Assembly: GCA_015067545.1 (NCBI GenBank) | Contig: SVMG01000008.1 | Span: 8,390 to 72,389, forward strand | Source of the DNA: Oscillospiraceae bacterium | GTDB lineage: Bacteria > Bacillota > Clostridia > Oscillospirales > Oscillospiraceae | DNA: 64,000 bases | Direction of reading: 5' to 3' | Part shown: piece by piece, positions 1-9,129 of the stretch | Position numbering within the stretch: position 1 is the first letter of the stretch | Layout: the number at the start of each line of letters is the position of its first letter | Program-made: the position numbers and the translations under genes | The notes under the pieces: model-generated | The model's database searches: none | Told to the model about the DNA's origin: nothing | Seen by the model: only the letters and a program-made list of their open reading frames with translations

Positions 1-78
1 AGCAGCGCCCATGGGCAGGATGGACAGAACCATTGCCAGGGTCAGAACTACCGCAAAGATTTTGCTGAGTTTCTTCAT
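1..78 (-). CDS. 5' end of a secreted protein (runs off the left edge)
   Basis: Reverse strand reads AAGGAGG-N8-ATG then MKKLSKIFAVVLTLAMVLSILPMGAA, a typical Sec signal peptide; too short for the ORF track. Confidence 0.85.
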   Translation of the reverse strand, partial: MKKLSKIFAVVLTLAMVLSILPMGAA

Positions 79-264
79 TTGTTTTTCCTCCTTAATATCC
101 CTTTTCGGGTAAAAAATATCGATTGGTGCCGTTTTGCGGCCCAACTTTTCACAAATCCATTGTAGCATCAATTTCTACAATTTGCAACCACATTTTTGCA
201 GATTTTTCACATTTTTGCACCAAAGCCTTCCCCTGGGAGGGAGGCCTCGGATTCAGTATGCTGC

Positions 265-293
265 AAAAAAGGGAACGGCACAAGGCCGTTCCC
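265..293 (-). terminator. Rho-independent terminator of the cohesin gene
   Basis: GGGAACGGC-ACAAG-GCCGTTCCC stem followed on the minus strand by T6. Confidence 0.75.
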
Positions 294-320
294 AATGGCT
301 TCTCCCTGAGGAGAAGGCGT

Positions 321-1961
321 TTATTTACTGAATCTGCCGTGCATGTTGCTCTTGCGGCTACGGATGAACTCGATCACCAGCAGAACCACACCGATTACCA
401 GCAGGATGATGGCGGCAATACCGGCCCACTGCCAGGGGAAGCCGTCGGATTTTGCAGGCTCCGTGGGCTTCTGAGTTGCAGGCGGCGTGGTGGGAACTGT
501 GGTGGGCAGGGATTCTACGATCGCATCCGCCACCAGCTCCTTGGCGCAAACCGTGCAGGTGAAGAGTACCTTGCCATCCTCCAGATCCGTACCCTGATCC
601 CATGTGTGGGCTTCCACTGCGGTGGTTTCGGCACATTCCGTACAGCTCTGCCAGTGGCTCTCGTCATCGCTGTACCATGTATCTGCATAATTATGGACAT
701 GGCTCAGCTCCCGCTTAAGCACAAATCCGCATTCCTGGCAGGTCTGAGGAGTATCCGCAGTGGCCTCCGGGCCGGGAACATGATCAAACACCTGGGAGGA
801 TGCATTACAGGCAGTGCACACATTCCAGTGGCCTGCTGCATTGGCCTGCCACTCTTGTTTATAGTTGTGGGGTGCTTCCCGGATGTAGCCGCAGGTGTTG
901 CAGTTGACATCGCAGGCATTGTCATAGTCGTGCTTTGCCTTATCCTCCACATAGTAGCAGGAGGGATTCTTGCCCTGGCAGCGGTGCCAGTGGTAAGTGG
1001 AGTCAGTTGTCCACTCCGTTTCCATCACATGGGTGTGGGCAATGGCGGGCTTGATCTCGTAGTTACATACCGTGCACACCTGTGCAGATGTAGCGGTGGG
1101 TTCAGCGCCGGGAACATGCTTTTCCCAGCTGCCGGGCTTCAGCTCACCGCAGTCACACTTGTACCAGTGGGCTTCCGGGTCGGTGTTGACCAGCACATAG
1201 TTGTGGTTGGCCACCCGGGTCTCGCCGCAGCCCCGGTTACAGGTGGTGTCGCAGTCGTTGTCCCATGCATGGCCGAGTGCGTTTACATTCTCTGTCTTGG
1301 TGGTATGGCAGATGATACAGGTGTGCTCCACAGTGCCGGGATCGGTGCAGGTGGGATCGGGCTTGCCGACGCCGTCGTTCCAGTCGTGCTCCTCCAGCTT
1401 GGGTGTGCCGCACTTTTCGCAAGTTTGCTTGTGCTTGTCACCCTCCTGGGTATAGATAAACGAGCCGTCCGGATTCTTGGGGTAGGTGTGTTCGCATGCC
1501 AGTGCGATCTGCACGGAATTTGTACCCACTGTTACATCTGTGTTTTCATTTTTACATGCCGCATCACTGAATGTGATGGTGGTATTGCCGGGTGTTGCTT
1601 TCTTGACGACCAGGGTAATTTTGATCATTTCCCCGGCATAGGCACTTGCATCTTCCCAAACGGCAGTCACTTTGCCGGAATCTGCATCGAAGCTCTTGGT
1701 ATTCGCATCCACAATGGCTGCGCCCCAGGAACGGCTCTTGTATTCAAAAACCGAAGTGTCGTACTGGAGGAAGAAACCCATGGATGTATACGGTGTCGTG
1801 CCGGAGGTGCTGATGGTAATGGTCACCTCGTCGCCCAAATAGGCAGTGGTTTTGGATGCCGTGGCAGTCAAATTAAAATCTGCCGCCATTGCCGGTGATG
1901 CCAGCACAACCAACAGCATCACGCACAAAAGCATTAATAAAAACTTCTTCATTTGATTCAC
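321..1961 (-). CDS. Cell-surface protein: signal peptide, cohesin domain, His/Cys-rich repeats, PT linker, C-terminal TM anchor
   Basis: GDEVTITIS...FFLQYDTSVFEY...ITLVVKK cohesin pattern; repeated HWxxC/CxxC units; TM GIAAIILLVIGVVLLVIEFI then RSRK; start GTG 1961 or ATG 1952. Confidence 0.8.
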   Translation of the reverse strand: MNQMKKFLLMLLCVMLLVVLASPAMAADFNLTATASKTTAYLGDEVTITISTSGTTPYTSMGFFLQYDTSVFEYKSRSWGAAIVDANTKSFDADSGKVTAVWEDASAYAGEMIKITLVVKKATPGNTTITFSDAACKNENTDVTVGTNSVQIALACEHTYPKNPDGSFIYTQEGDKHKQTCEKCGTPKLEEHDWNDGVGKPDPTCTDPGTVEHTCIICHTTKTENVNALGHAWDNDCDTTCNRGCGETRVANHNYVLVNTDPEAHWYKCDCGELKPGSWEKHVPGAEPTATSAQVCTVCNYEIKPAIAHTHVMETEWTTDSTYHWHRCQGKNPSCYYVEDKAKHDYDNACDVNCNTCGYIREAPHNYKQEWQANAAGHWNVCTACNASSQVFDHVPGPEATADTPQTCQECGFVLKRELSHVHNYADTWYSDDESHWQSCTECAETTAVEAHTWDQGTDLEDGKVLFTCTVCAKELVADAIVESLPTTVPTTPPATQKPTEPAKSDGFPWQWAGIAAIILLVIGVVLLVIEFIRSRKSNMHGRFSK

Positions 1962-1988
1962 CTTATTCCTAATTTTAAAAAGTACAAC

Positions 1989-4016
1989 TTAATTGGGCAG
2001 CGGATACCTGTCAGGGAACAAAACATGGTCTAAAAGATACAGCACATCCCGATCATTGATAAATCCGTCACCATTCATATCCCCTGTTCCCTTCAGAGGA
2101 TACTTGTCGGAGAACAAAACATGGTCCAAAAGATACAGCACATCCCGGTCATTGATAAAGGTATCTCCGTTCAGATCGCCTACCAATTCCTTTTGCTCAA
2201 ACTGGGCAATATACACCGCATTGCCATCGCAGGTGGTCACGATCTCTTTATCCCAACCGCTGAAAACGTAGTAGCCGTTGCCGTCGGCGGGCTTAGTTGG
2301 ATCTTCCGGAATCTCCACAGTGTCTCCGAAAAGGTATTCCTTTTCGCTGATGACCGTTCCGTCTTCCATTTGGAAGATCACCTTCGCCTTCACGATCTGC
2401 ACCTCAAAGGTGGCTGTTTGCTCCTCATAGGTGACCGTGAGCGTGTTGGTGCCCACATTGGTATTGTCGAAGCCGGAGACCATTTCCGGGGTGATATCTA
2501 AGGTAGAAGTCGATCCATCCATATAGGTGATCAGCAGCTTACCGCCGGTGATGTCCAGCGCATCCACCTTGTGCACATAGGAAAGTTTGTCGGGTTTTTG
2601 TGTGATCTCGATGGACTGCACCGTTTGATCCGGTGACTTCACTCCCTCAAAGGTCACATAGGGCAGGGCCACCCAGCCTTCCTCGATCTTGCCCCACATC
2701 ATGCTGCCGTCGGACTTCCAATCGCTGACCAGTATCAAATCGCCCTGTTTCTTCTGTGCGCCCTCTACCAACGCATAGTCAGTACCGGCGCCGGTGCGGA
2801 CATTCAGTGTTGTGGAAGTTACCTTGCCCCACATAGGCAGATATTTGCTCAGCGCATCGTTATAATCTGTGTATTTCAGTGCGATCCACTTGTCACCGCT
2901 GCGTCCCCACAACAATCCGCCGCGGCTGACGACCTCGGCGATCTCCAGTGTCTCGCCCGGATTGGCCTTATACAAGGAATAATAATAGGTATCGGGGCCG
3001 GAGCGGACATTGACATTCTCGCCGGTCACATTCACTGTGATCTTCAGACCGCTTTCCTGCCGGGGGATGATCACCGGTGTGCCAGCCGGGGTCTTCCAGT
3101 GGGCGTACAGCACTGTGCCGGTGGGAATGCTGGAATCCAGCTGCTCCACCTTCGTGCCGCCGACCCGCTCGGTATACCAGCCGTCCAGCTCGTATGTCAC
3201 AATGGCGCCGGTCTCATCCGGGCCGGTGGGCGCGCTCTTGAACTGGGTCTTGATGGGGATGGGCAGCTCGGCATCGAAGCCGTGCTCGTCGTATTTTACC
3301 GTTCCGCCGTTGCCATCCATAAAGGCAATGCGGTAGCGATCCGGTGTTGCTTCATCTGCATACACATCCGCAGGATAGACCCCGTTTGCGTATATATTGG
3401 TTTCCACGATCCGACGGTTGACCAGAATATGCCGGTTACCTGCCATGCTCCACAGCATGATGCCATAGATGAAATGAGAACCGATATCACCGTTGATCAC
3501 CGCTGTGACCAAATTGCCGGTTGTAGAAGTCCAGGCATATCCGGTATTGTATGTAAAGGATATCAATGCGTCATATTGATGCTGAGAGAGCGTCAGATTG
3601 TGACGAGTGATGAAATTATTTACGACCTTTTCAAAGTAATCCAGTTCTCCGCGCAGAAGCTCCTCGGCATATTCCTCACTGATCTGATGGCCCTGTCCGC
3701 CATCCTCAACCTTGGAATAATACATCTCATAGCCCGCAGGGCACTTGCTGCCGTAGCCAATGCTCCACTGTTGATAATCCCAATAGGCATGGGGGTTAAA
3801 GCCCTCCAGCTGCTTGAGCACGCGGAGCAGCTCATCCGAGACCTTCATAGGCTCCTGTTCCGTCTGCGCCTGCGGCGTAGTGCTGTCCGCTGACTGGCTT
3901 TGTGGTTCCGTGCTGTCCTGGAGCTCCTCACCGGTTGCAACAGCGCCATAGGGAATCATAACAGACATGCACAGCATGATCGCTATCATTTTGACGCCTA
4001 ATTTGTTCCTGCTCAT
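1989..4016 (-). CDS. Secreted GH24 (phage-lysozyme-like) muramidase with B-repeat, two SH3b, Ig-like and C-terminal dockerin domains
   Basis: LEGFNPHAYWDYQQWSIGYG and QYDALISFTYNTG GH24 motifs; NVNVRSGP and TLNVRTGAG SH3b motifs; duplicated GDxNGDxxINDRDV dockerin loops; GGAGG before ATG 4016. Confidence 0.85.
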   Translation of the reverse strand: MSRNKLGVKMIAIMLCMSVMIPYGAVATGEELQDSTEPQSQSADSTTPQAQTEQEPMKVSDELLRVLKQLEGFNPHAYWDYQQWSIGYGSKCPAGYEMYYSKVEDGGQGHQISEEYAEELLRGELDYFEKVVNNFITRHNLTLSQHQYDALISFTYNTGYAWTSTTGNLVTAVINGDIGSHFIYGIMLWSMAGNRHILVNRRIVETNIYANGVYPADVYADEATPDRYRIAFMDGNGGTVKYDEHGFDAELPIPIKTQFKSAPTGPDETGAIVTYELDGWYTERVGGTKVEQLDSSIPTGTVLYAHWKTPAGTPVIIPRQESGLKITVNVTGENVNVRSGPDTYYYSLYKANPGETLEIAEVVSRGGLLWGRSGDKWIALKYTDYNDALSKYLPMWGKVTSTTLNVRTGAGTDYALVEGAQKKQGDLILVSDWKSDGSMMWGKIEEGWVALPYVTFEGVKSPDQTVQSIEITQKPDKLSYVHKVDALDITGGKLLITYMDGSTSTLDITPEMVSGFDNTNVGTNTLTVTYEEQTATFEVQIVKAKVIFQMEDGTVISEKEYLFGDTVEIPEDPTKPADGNGYYVFSGWDKEIVTTCDGNAVYIAQFEQKELVGDLNGDTFINDRDVLYLLDHVLFSDKYPLKGTGDMNGDGFINDRDVLYLLDHVLFPDRYPLPN

Positions 4017-4296
4017 TTTGTGTGACCTCCGGGAAATCATGTTTTTAACATTATACCAAAAGCCGTCGAATAATGCAAGGGGGATATCATCGCAAGTGAT
4101 TACAACTTGTTACCGTTTTTTGAAAGGAAAAGTCCTGATTTATCACATTTTTTCTGAATATCCCCATGTTTATTATAAAAATAAGTTCAAGTGACATAAT
4201 ATTTTTTCCAAATATTTCTTTGGCGCGAAAAATATTTGATTTCCCCGGTCCTTTATGGTAAACTGGACTACACTAACAAAAGGAGGGATGCCCGGA

Positions 4297-5349
4297 ATGC
4301 AAAAGAAAGCTCTCATTGCCATGAGCGGCGGTGTTGACAGCTCCGTAGCCGCTTATTTGGCCATGCACGATGGCTTATCCTGCATCGGTGCCACCATGCA
4401 GCTGCATCCCAGTAACGATGGAGAAAGTCAGATCAATGATGCCCGCAGCGTAGCTCAACGACTGGATATTCCCTTCTATACGCTGGATCTCCGGGAGGAA
4501 TTTCGGTGTGAGGTCATGGATCACTTTGTGCAAAGCTATGAAGACGGTCTCACGCCCAACCCCTGCGTGATTTGCAACCAAAAGCTGAAATTCGGCCATC
4601 TATTGGATGCCGCCATAGAGCTGGGCTGCGATTATGTGGTCACCGGCCACTATGCGCGGATCGCACAGGATCCTGAAACCGGCCGCTATTATCTGCGCAA
4701 GGCTCTTGATGAGGCCAAGGATCAGTCCTATTTTCTCTACGGCTTGACTCAGTCGCAGTTATCCCATGTTCAGTTCCCCCTTGGGGGGCTCACCAAGACC
4801 GAAGCCCGCCAAATCGCTGAAGCACAGGGCTTTCTCACTGCAAAAAAGAAGGATAGCCAGGATATTTGCTTTATTCCCGACGGAGATTATCTCTCTTTTA
4901 TGATCCGTCACACCGGCAAGCAGTACCCTGCCGGAGATTTTTTGGACAGAGCAGGAAATATTGTGGGCAAGCACAACGGTGCAGTTGGCTACACTCTGGG
5001 ACAGCGCAAGGGGCTGGGGCTTTCCATGGGAGAGCCTGTTTATGTGTGCGGCAAGGATATGCAAAACAACACCGTTACCGTTGGCCCTGATGACGCACTC
5101 TTCTCCAATGCCCTGCGGGCAACCCATTGGTTTTGGCATACCATCCCGGAACTAACTGCTCCTTTGCGTGTTTGCGCCAAAGCCCGTTCCCGGATGACGG
5201 AGCAGCCCGCCACCGTCTATCCCGGTGAAAACGGTTCTGTCCGTGTAGAATTTGATGAGCCCCAGCGCGCCCTCACTCCCGGGCAGGCGGTGGTGCTGTA
5301 TGACGGGGATGCCGTGGTTGGCGGCGGTACAATCACAGAGATTTTATAA
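4297..5349 (+). CDS. mnmA: tRNA 2-thiouridine(34) synthase MnmA
   Basis: AMSGGVDSSVAA, TPNPCVICN, TGHYA, KDQSYFL, SQDICF, TPGQAVVLY motifs. Confidence 0.97.
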   Translation: MQKKALIAMSGGVDSSVAAYLAMHDGLSCIGATMQLHPSNDGESQINDARSVAQRLDIPFYTLDLREEFRCEVMDHFVQSYEDGLTPNPCVICNQKLKFGHLLDAAIELGCDYVVTGHYARIAQDPETGRYYLRKALDEAKDQSYFLYGLTQSQLSHVQFPLGGLTKTEARQIAEAQGFLTAKKKDSQDICFIPDGDYLSFMIRHTGKQYPAGDFLDRAGNIVGKHNGAVGYTLGQRKGLGLSMGEPVYVCGKDMQNNTVTVGPDDALFSNALRATHWFWHTIPELTAPLRVCAKARSRMTEQPATVYPGENGSVRVEFDEPQRALTPGQAVVLYDGDAVVGGGTITEIL

Positions 5350-5355
5350 AGATTT

Positions 5356-5388
5356 TGGCCTGCTGCAGTGCGCAGCAGGCCATTTTTT
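5356..5388 (+). terminator. Terminator between convergent mnmA and lipoprotein genes
   Basis: TGGCCTGCTGC-AGTGC-GCAGCAGGCCA followed by T6. Confidence 0.75.
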
Positions 5389-7231
5389 ATGTCAAATATT
5401 GCTCCCAAAGGAAGGCTGTTTCTACTTTCTTCAGCCCATAGGCTTCCCGGATGCCCGTGCAGATCCGCTTCAGCTTCTCCTGCATGGTATTGGTCCGGAA
5501 GGAATCCTCATTGCCCGGCATGCAGGCATATTCAAAGATCGTCGCCCGATCTTCCTTTGCATAGCTCATGGAGAAAAGGTCGATAAAATATTTGTTGTCG
5601 CCTGTGATATAGGTGGTGTCTGTACGCTCCAGATTGGTGATATAGTTGTTATCGTACGCAAAATCAGACGGATTGATCCGGAACCATTCGTAAAGCGCGG
5701 CTGACTTGCTCAGAAGCCGCGTTTCCATATACAGATACACGCCGTGGTAAAGATTCCGCTCAAAATCCTCGCCCATCGTTACCGCCACCACCGGAGTCTT
5801 GCCGTTGAGAAACTGCACACAATCGGTCTCGGCAAGAGTCCCCCAGGCAGGCTCGCCGGTGATTCTCTGCACCAGGGCGATCTGCAGCTTTTCCATAGAG
5901 GATTGGGAAAAGAAGCCCTCCGGGAATATGGACAGGGCCTGCTCCAGCCGGGGCAGATAATGATCATACAGCTGCGTCATGTGCTCCGCCGTAAAGAACT
6001 GATCTGCCGGGGCTGTTGCTGCAGCATTCTGCCATACCAAAACATCGATTCCGAACTTATCGCCCACATTTTGGGCATTGCGCGCCACCTGCTCCAGCCC
6101 CTGAGTGTTTGGTTCTTCGGGAGTATACAGAGGCTCGGTATACTTATTGGTATCCTCCACCGGGCTTTTCGCGCTGTCCCAGTGATACAGCCATGGCACA
6201 TTTTCCGCATCGCGAGCAAAGAGCCACACGCCGCCCTTCCCGTCACCGCGGATGCCCCACACCTCTGTCGCACCTGTCAGGGTAACGGCAGAGGTACGCA
6301 GACCGGTATTCAGGTCATAATAGGAAAGACAATAGGAATTGCATAATTCCTGCTCTACGGACTGTATCATTACGGTGGCGTTGTTGTCAAACAACATCAC
6401 CGGCTCAGCACTGCTTTCTGCCGGCCACAGGGTTTGATGGGACTGACCATTGCCGAACCGCAGCTGACGAACGCCCTTGATCACATTCGGCAGGAAATAT
6501 TGCTCTCCTGCGGTGATCAGATCTTCAAAAGCCTCCCCATTTTGCAGAGTCACGCCGGTTTTGGCATCGATCAGCAGGGTCTGCTTTTGTCCCTGCGTCA
6601 CCTCCAGCACATAGCGCAAAACCTCTCCATTGCCGAAGCCGCCGGTGATCTGCTGAGAAAAAGCAGCCTGCTCCACCAGCAGCCGGGAGATCCCCGTCTG
6701 CAGATTCATAGCATGCACGCCCTTGTCCGTGCAGTAGTACACCATCTGCCAATCCGGTGTCAGCCATGCATCCCCCTGCATTTCTGCAGGCAGGTGCATC
6801 CGTCCGGTTTCTACAAGATCTCTGTTCAGGAAGACTACATCCTTATTTTCGCTGTCGAAATAGCCAATACCCTGCTCACTGATCTGCATTTGCGCCGTTG
6901 TCGGTGTCACATTTTTACCCAGGCTGACGGACTTTCCCTCCTCCAGGTTCTCGCCCCTGTAAAAGGTAAGCGTCCCTTCCTCGTCTGTCTTGCGCATCAG
7001 GATCAGCTCATCTCCCAGCATGGCGCAGCCATAATAGCCGTCCTCCAGCCGGAACGCGCGCACGGCACCGTCAGTTGCCTGCTCAATGGCGCTGTTCGGC
7101 ACATACAGACCGGTGACGATATCGGTGGACGAATCTAAATTATCTGTCGGTGCTGTGGGCTCTGCGGTATTCTGCGCACAGCCGCACAGCAGCAGCGCCA
7201 AAACCAAGAGCACGCCCAAACATCGAACCAT
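5387..7231 (-). CDS. Lipoprotein with beta-rich N-terminal region and degenerate zinc-metallopeptidase-like C-terminal domain
   Basis: AAGGAGG before ATG 7231; lipobox LLLCGC; C-terminal FIDLFSMSYAKEDRATIFEY resembles the F-x-S-x-Y-A...EDxAE motif of zincin-like domains, but HExxH reads YHGVY. Confidence 0.65.
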   Translation of the reverse strand: MVRCLGVLLVLALLLCGCAQNTAEPTAPTDNLDSSTDIVTGLYVPNSAIEQATDGAVRAFRLEDGYYGCAMLGDELILMRKTDEEGTLTFYRGENLEEGKSVSLGKNVTPTTAQMQISEQGIGYFDSENKDVVFLNRDLVETGRMHLPAEMQGDAWLTPDWQMVYYCTDKGVHAMNLQTGISRLLVEQAAFSQQITGGFGNGEVLRYVLEVTQGQKQTLLIDAKTGVTLQNGEAFEDLITAGEQYFLPNVIKGVRQLRFGNGQSHQTLWPAESSAEPVMLFDNNATVMIQSVEQELCNSYCLSYYDLNTGLRTSAVTLTGATEVWGIRGDGKGGVWLFARDAENVPWLYHWDSAKSPVEDTNKYTEPLYTPEEPNTQGLEQVARNAQNVGDKFGIDVLVWQNAAATAPADQFFTAEHMTQLYDHYLPRLEQALSIFPEGFFSQSSMEKLQIALVQRITGEPAWGTLAETDCVQFLNGKTPVVAVTMGEDFERNLYHGVYLYMETRLLSKSAALYEWFRINPSDFAYDNNYITNLERTDTTYITGDNKYFIDLFSMSYAKEDRATIFEYACMPGNEDSFRTNTMQEKLKRICTGIREAYGLKKVETAFLWEQYLT

Positions 7232-7232
7232 A

Positions 7233-7406
7233 TCATTGCCTCCTTGCAAGTGTGTAATCATCGCCCTGGCGGTAATACGGACACCGGTTTTTTCCGGAAC
7301 TGAAAAAACGGTAGTATTCATCCTCGTCCAGGTCCATCATGCAGAAATACTCGTCGTATTCCTCATCGTAATCATAATACCAACAGGTATCGCATTCACA
7401 TTCCAT
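7233..7406 (-). CDS. 57-aa Cys/Tyr/acidic small protein (DUF6472-like)
   Basis: GGAG-N7-ATG; MECECDTCWYYDYDEEYDEYFCMMDLDEDEYYRFFSSGKNRCPYYRQGDDYTLARRQ; fills the gap between yfcE and the lipoprotein; below the ORF-track cutoff. Confidence 0.85.
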   Translation of the reverse strand: MECECDTCWYYDYDEEYDEYFCMMDLDEDEYYRFFSSGKNRCPYYRQGDDYTLARRQ

Positions 7407-7410
7407 CGTT

Positions 7411-7923
7411 TTACTCCAAGAAAATTACTGAAAATACACCGTCTTCATAGATCATGCAGCTGTGGCTTCCATCCTTGGGGATGGACACGCTGCCGGGATT
7501 GATGCACCGAATTCCGTTTCTCACTTCGTCCATTTTTACATGGGTATGGCCGGATAAAAAGACGCTTCCTGCCGGCAAATCCGGCAAAGCATCCGGGCTC
7601 GCATGATGCCCGTGGGTCAGGTAGAACACCTTTCCGTCCACTTCCAGCTGTGCGTGATCCGCCATGCAGGGAAAGGGCAGCACCATCTGATCTACTTCCG
7701 CGTCGCAATTTCCCCGGACGGCGGTGATGATGTCCTTATGCTTCGACAGCATCCCGATCACCTGCTTCGGGGCATATTCCCTGGGCAGGTCATTGCGGGG
7801 GCCGTGATACAGAAGATCTCCCAGCAAAAGCAGCTTGTCCGGCTGAGATTTATCCAGAACCTCCATGAGCTTTCCGCAATAATAGGCAGAGCCATGGATA
7901 TCCGATGCGATCAGCAGTTTCAT
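7411..7923 (-). CDS. yfcE: YfcE-family metallophosphoesterase
   Basis: SDIHGS, GDLLYHGPRN, RGNCD, THGH, SGHTH motifs. Confidence 0.9.
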   Translation of the reverse strand: MKLLIASDIHGSAYYCGKLMEVLDKSQPDKLLLLGDLLYHGPRNDLPREYAPKQVIGMLSKHKDIITAVRGNCDAEVDQMVLPFPCMADHAQLEVDGKVFYLTHGHHASPDALPDLPAGSVFLSGHTHVKMDEVRNGIRCINPGSVSIPKDGSHSCMIYEDGVFSVIFLE

Positions 7924-7931
7924 AAGTTCTC

Positions 7932-8543
7932 CTATCGGGCAGCTAGATAGGCCGCCACATCAAAAGGTTTTATCTTTTCGTCCTTGCGCAGGTACAGCGG
8001 ATGATGGGGGTGACCCTTCTTAGTCACCGCCCCGGCGCAGTACCAGTTAGCGCCATATTCCTGTCCGGCCTCCACCATATCCCGGAGGCAATCGGCAAGG
8101 TAGTCTCTTTTTTCGATGATTGCTCCCCAGGCCGCCCAAACCGCAGGCTTCTGGGAAATGGAAAGCACATAACGGAATGCCGCCAAATTTTCCGCGTGCA
8201 GCCTTGGGTTGCACGTTTTTTCCATGGCGTCCGGATTTGTTGCCCGCTGGGCATAGACATTGAACATAATGAAGCTGTCAAAGCCGTTGCCCAAAGCGAT
8301 ACGCTCCACAGATTTGAGGGTGTTGTCCAAAGAATCCGGTGCAGCAGTGGAAGGATTGATACCAATGCAGATCAGAGGGTTTTTGCCCCGTGTGCCCAAT
8401 ATGTACCGATATTCCGAGTAAAAATTGGGTGCATACAGCCATTTTTCGATATCGTACGCCTCCGTGGGCGTATTGGCCGCCGCCAGAGCCTCCTCGAAGG
8501 TCACCAGCTCCAATTCCGCCGTTGTTCCTTTGGGAATATGCAT
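7932..8543 (-). CDS. DUF1643 domain protein
   Basis: YRYIL, IGINPSTA, NVYAQRAT, VWAAWG, PHHPLY motifs. Confidence 0.85.
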   Translation of the reverse strand: MHIPKGTTAELELVTFEEALAAANTPTEAYDIEKWLYAPNFYSEYRYILGTRGKNPLICIGINPSTAAPDSLDNTLKSVERIALGNGFDSFIMFNVYAQRATNPDAMEKTCNPRLHAENLAAFRYVLSISQKPAVWAAWGAIIEKRDYLADCLRDMVEAGQEYGANWYCAGAVTKKGHPHHPLYLRKDEKIKPFDVAAYLAAR

Positions 8544-8545
8544 CG

Positions 8546-9115
8546 TTACTCCTCCACGCTGGGAAACCAGCAGCTGTTTGCAGGGTCATGGAACGGACAA
8601 TTCTCTTTGTCAACATTCTTCTGATTGCACCAACCGGCAAAAGCCGTATCCAGGAACGGATAGACCCCCTTCATGTTGGACTGAAGTGCCACCGTCCGGC
8701 CATCGGTAAAATACAGCTCAATGACCACATTGCCGCCGGTGATCCGATAGAGCTTCTGGGCGCGGATGTCCGCGTAGGAATAGACCTTGCTTTTTTTGCC
8801 GAAAGTAGTCACGATCAGCGAATCGGCATCATAATAGACGCCAAAGGTCAGATAGTAAACGATCAGTGCAACGCCAAGCAGAATGACAAAGCTGCCGCAG
8901 ATCAGCAGCAGGCTGCTTCCTGCACTTTGAAACACGGCCAGTAATCCCAGCAACGCCAGCACCACTCCTGCGCCGCCATAATGCTGGCTCAGGCGAACGG
9001 ACTGGCCGGATCTATGCTGGGGCTTGCCGCGAAACACGCCGGTAAAGACCTTGTCCAGCAGAAAGCATACGGCAAAGGTTGCCGCACCGATCAGCAAAAT
9101 CAGCAAAAATTCCAT
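8546..9115 (-). CDS. Membrane protein with PH-like C-terminal domain, function unknown
   Basis: Three hydrophobic helices followed by a soluble beta-rich region; operonic spacing. Confidence 0.7.
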   Translation of the reverse strand: MEFLLILLIGAATFAVCFLLDKVFTGVFRGKPQHRSGQSVRLSQHYGGAGVVLALLGLLAVFQSAGSSLLLICGSFVILLGVALIVYYLTFGVYYDADSLIVTTFGKKSKVYSYADIRAQKLYRITGGNVVIELYFTDGRTVALQSNMKGVYPFLDTAFAGWCNQKNVDKENCPFHDPANSCWFPSVEE

Positions 9116-9129
9116 ATTTTTCTCCTAAC

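Noticed and set aside
220-246. CCAAAGCCTTCCCCTGGGAGGGAGGC, resembling a REP-like palindrome
   Set aside because: Single imperfect copy in the window; it cannot be supported as a repeat family without the rest of the genome.
321-1600. Possible multiheme cytochrome, given the many CxxC motifs
   Set aside because: Only one CxxCH (CIICH) occurs; the other CxxC motifs are followed by G, N or A, and no cytochrome c maturation genes are present.
123-1898. 591-aa plus-strand ORF, and similar long shadows (14948-16741, 18604-20895, 22615-24102, 28343-29788, 59409-60743)
   Set aside because: Antisense shadows of well-supported genes with no recognisable motifs.
1989-4016. Prophage lysis module
   Set aside because: The lysozyme has a Sec signal and a dockerin; there is no holin, structural gene or integrase, and the neighbours are housekeeping genes.
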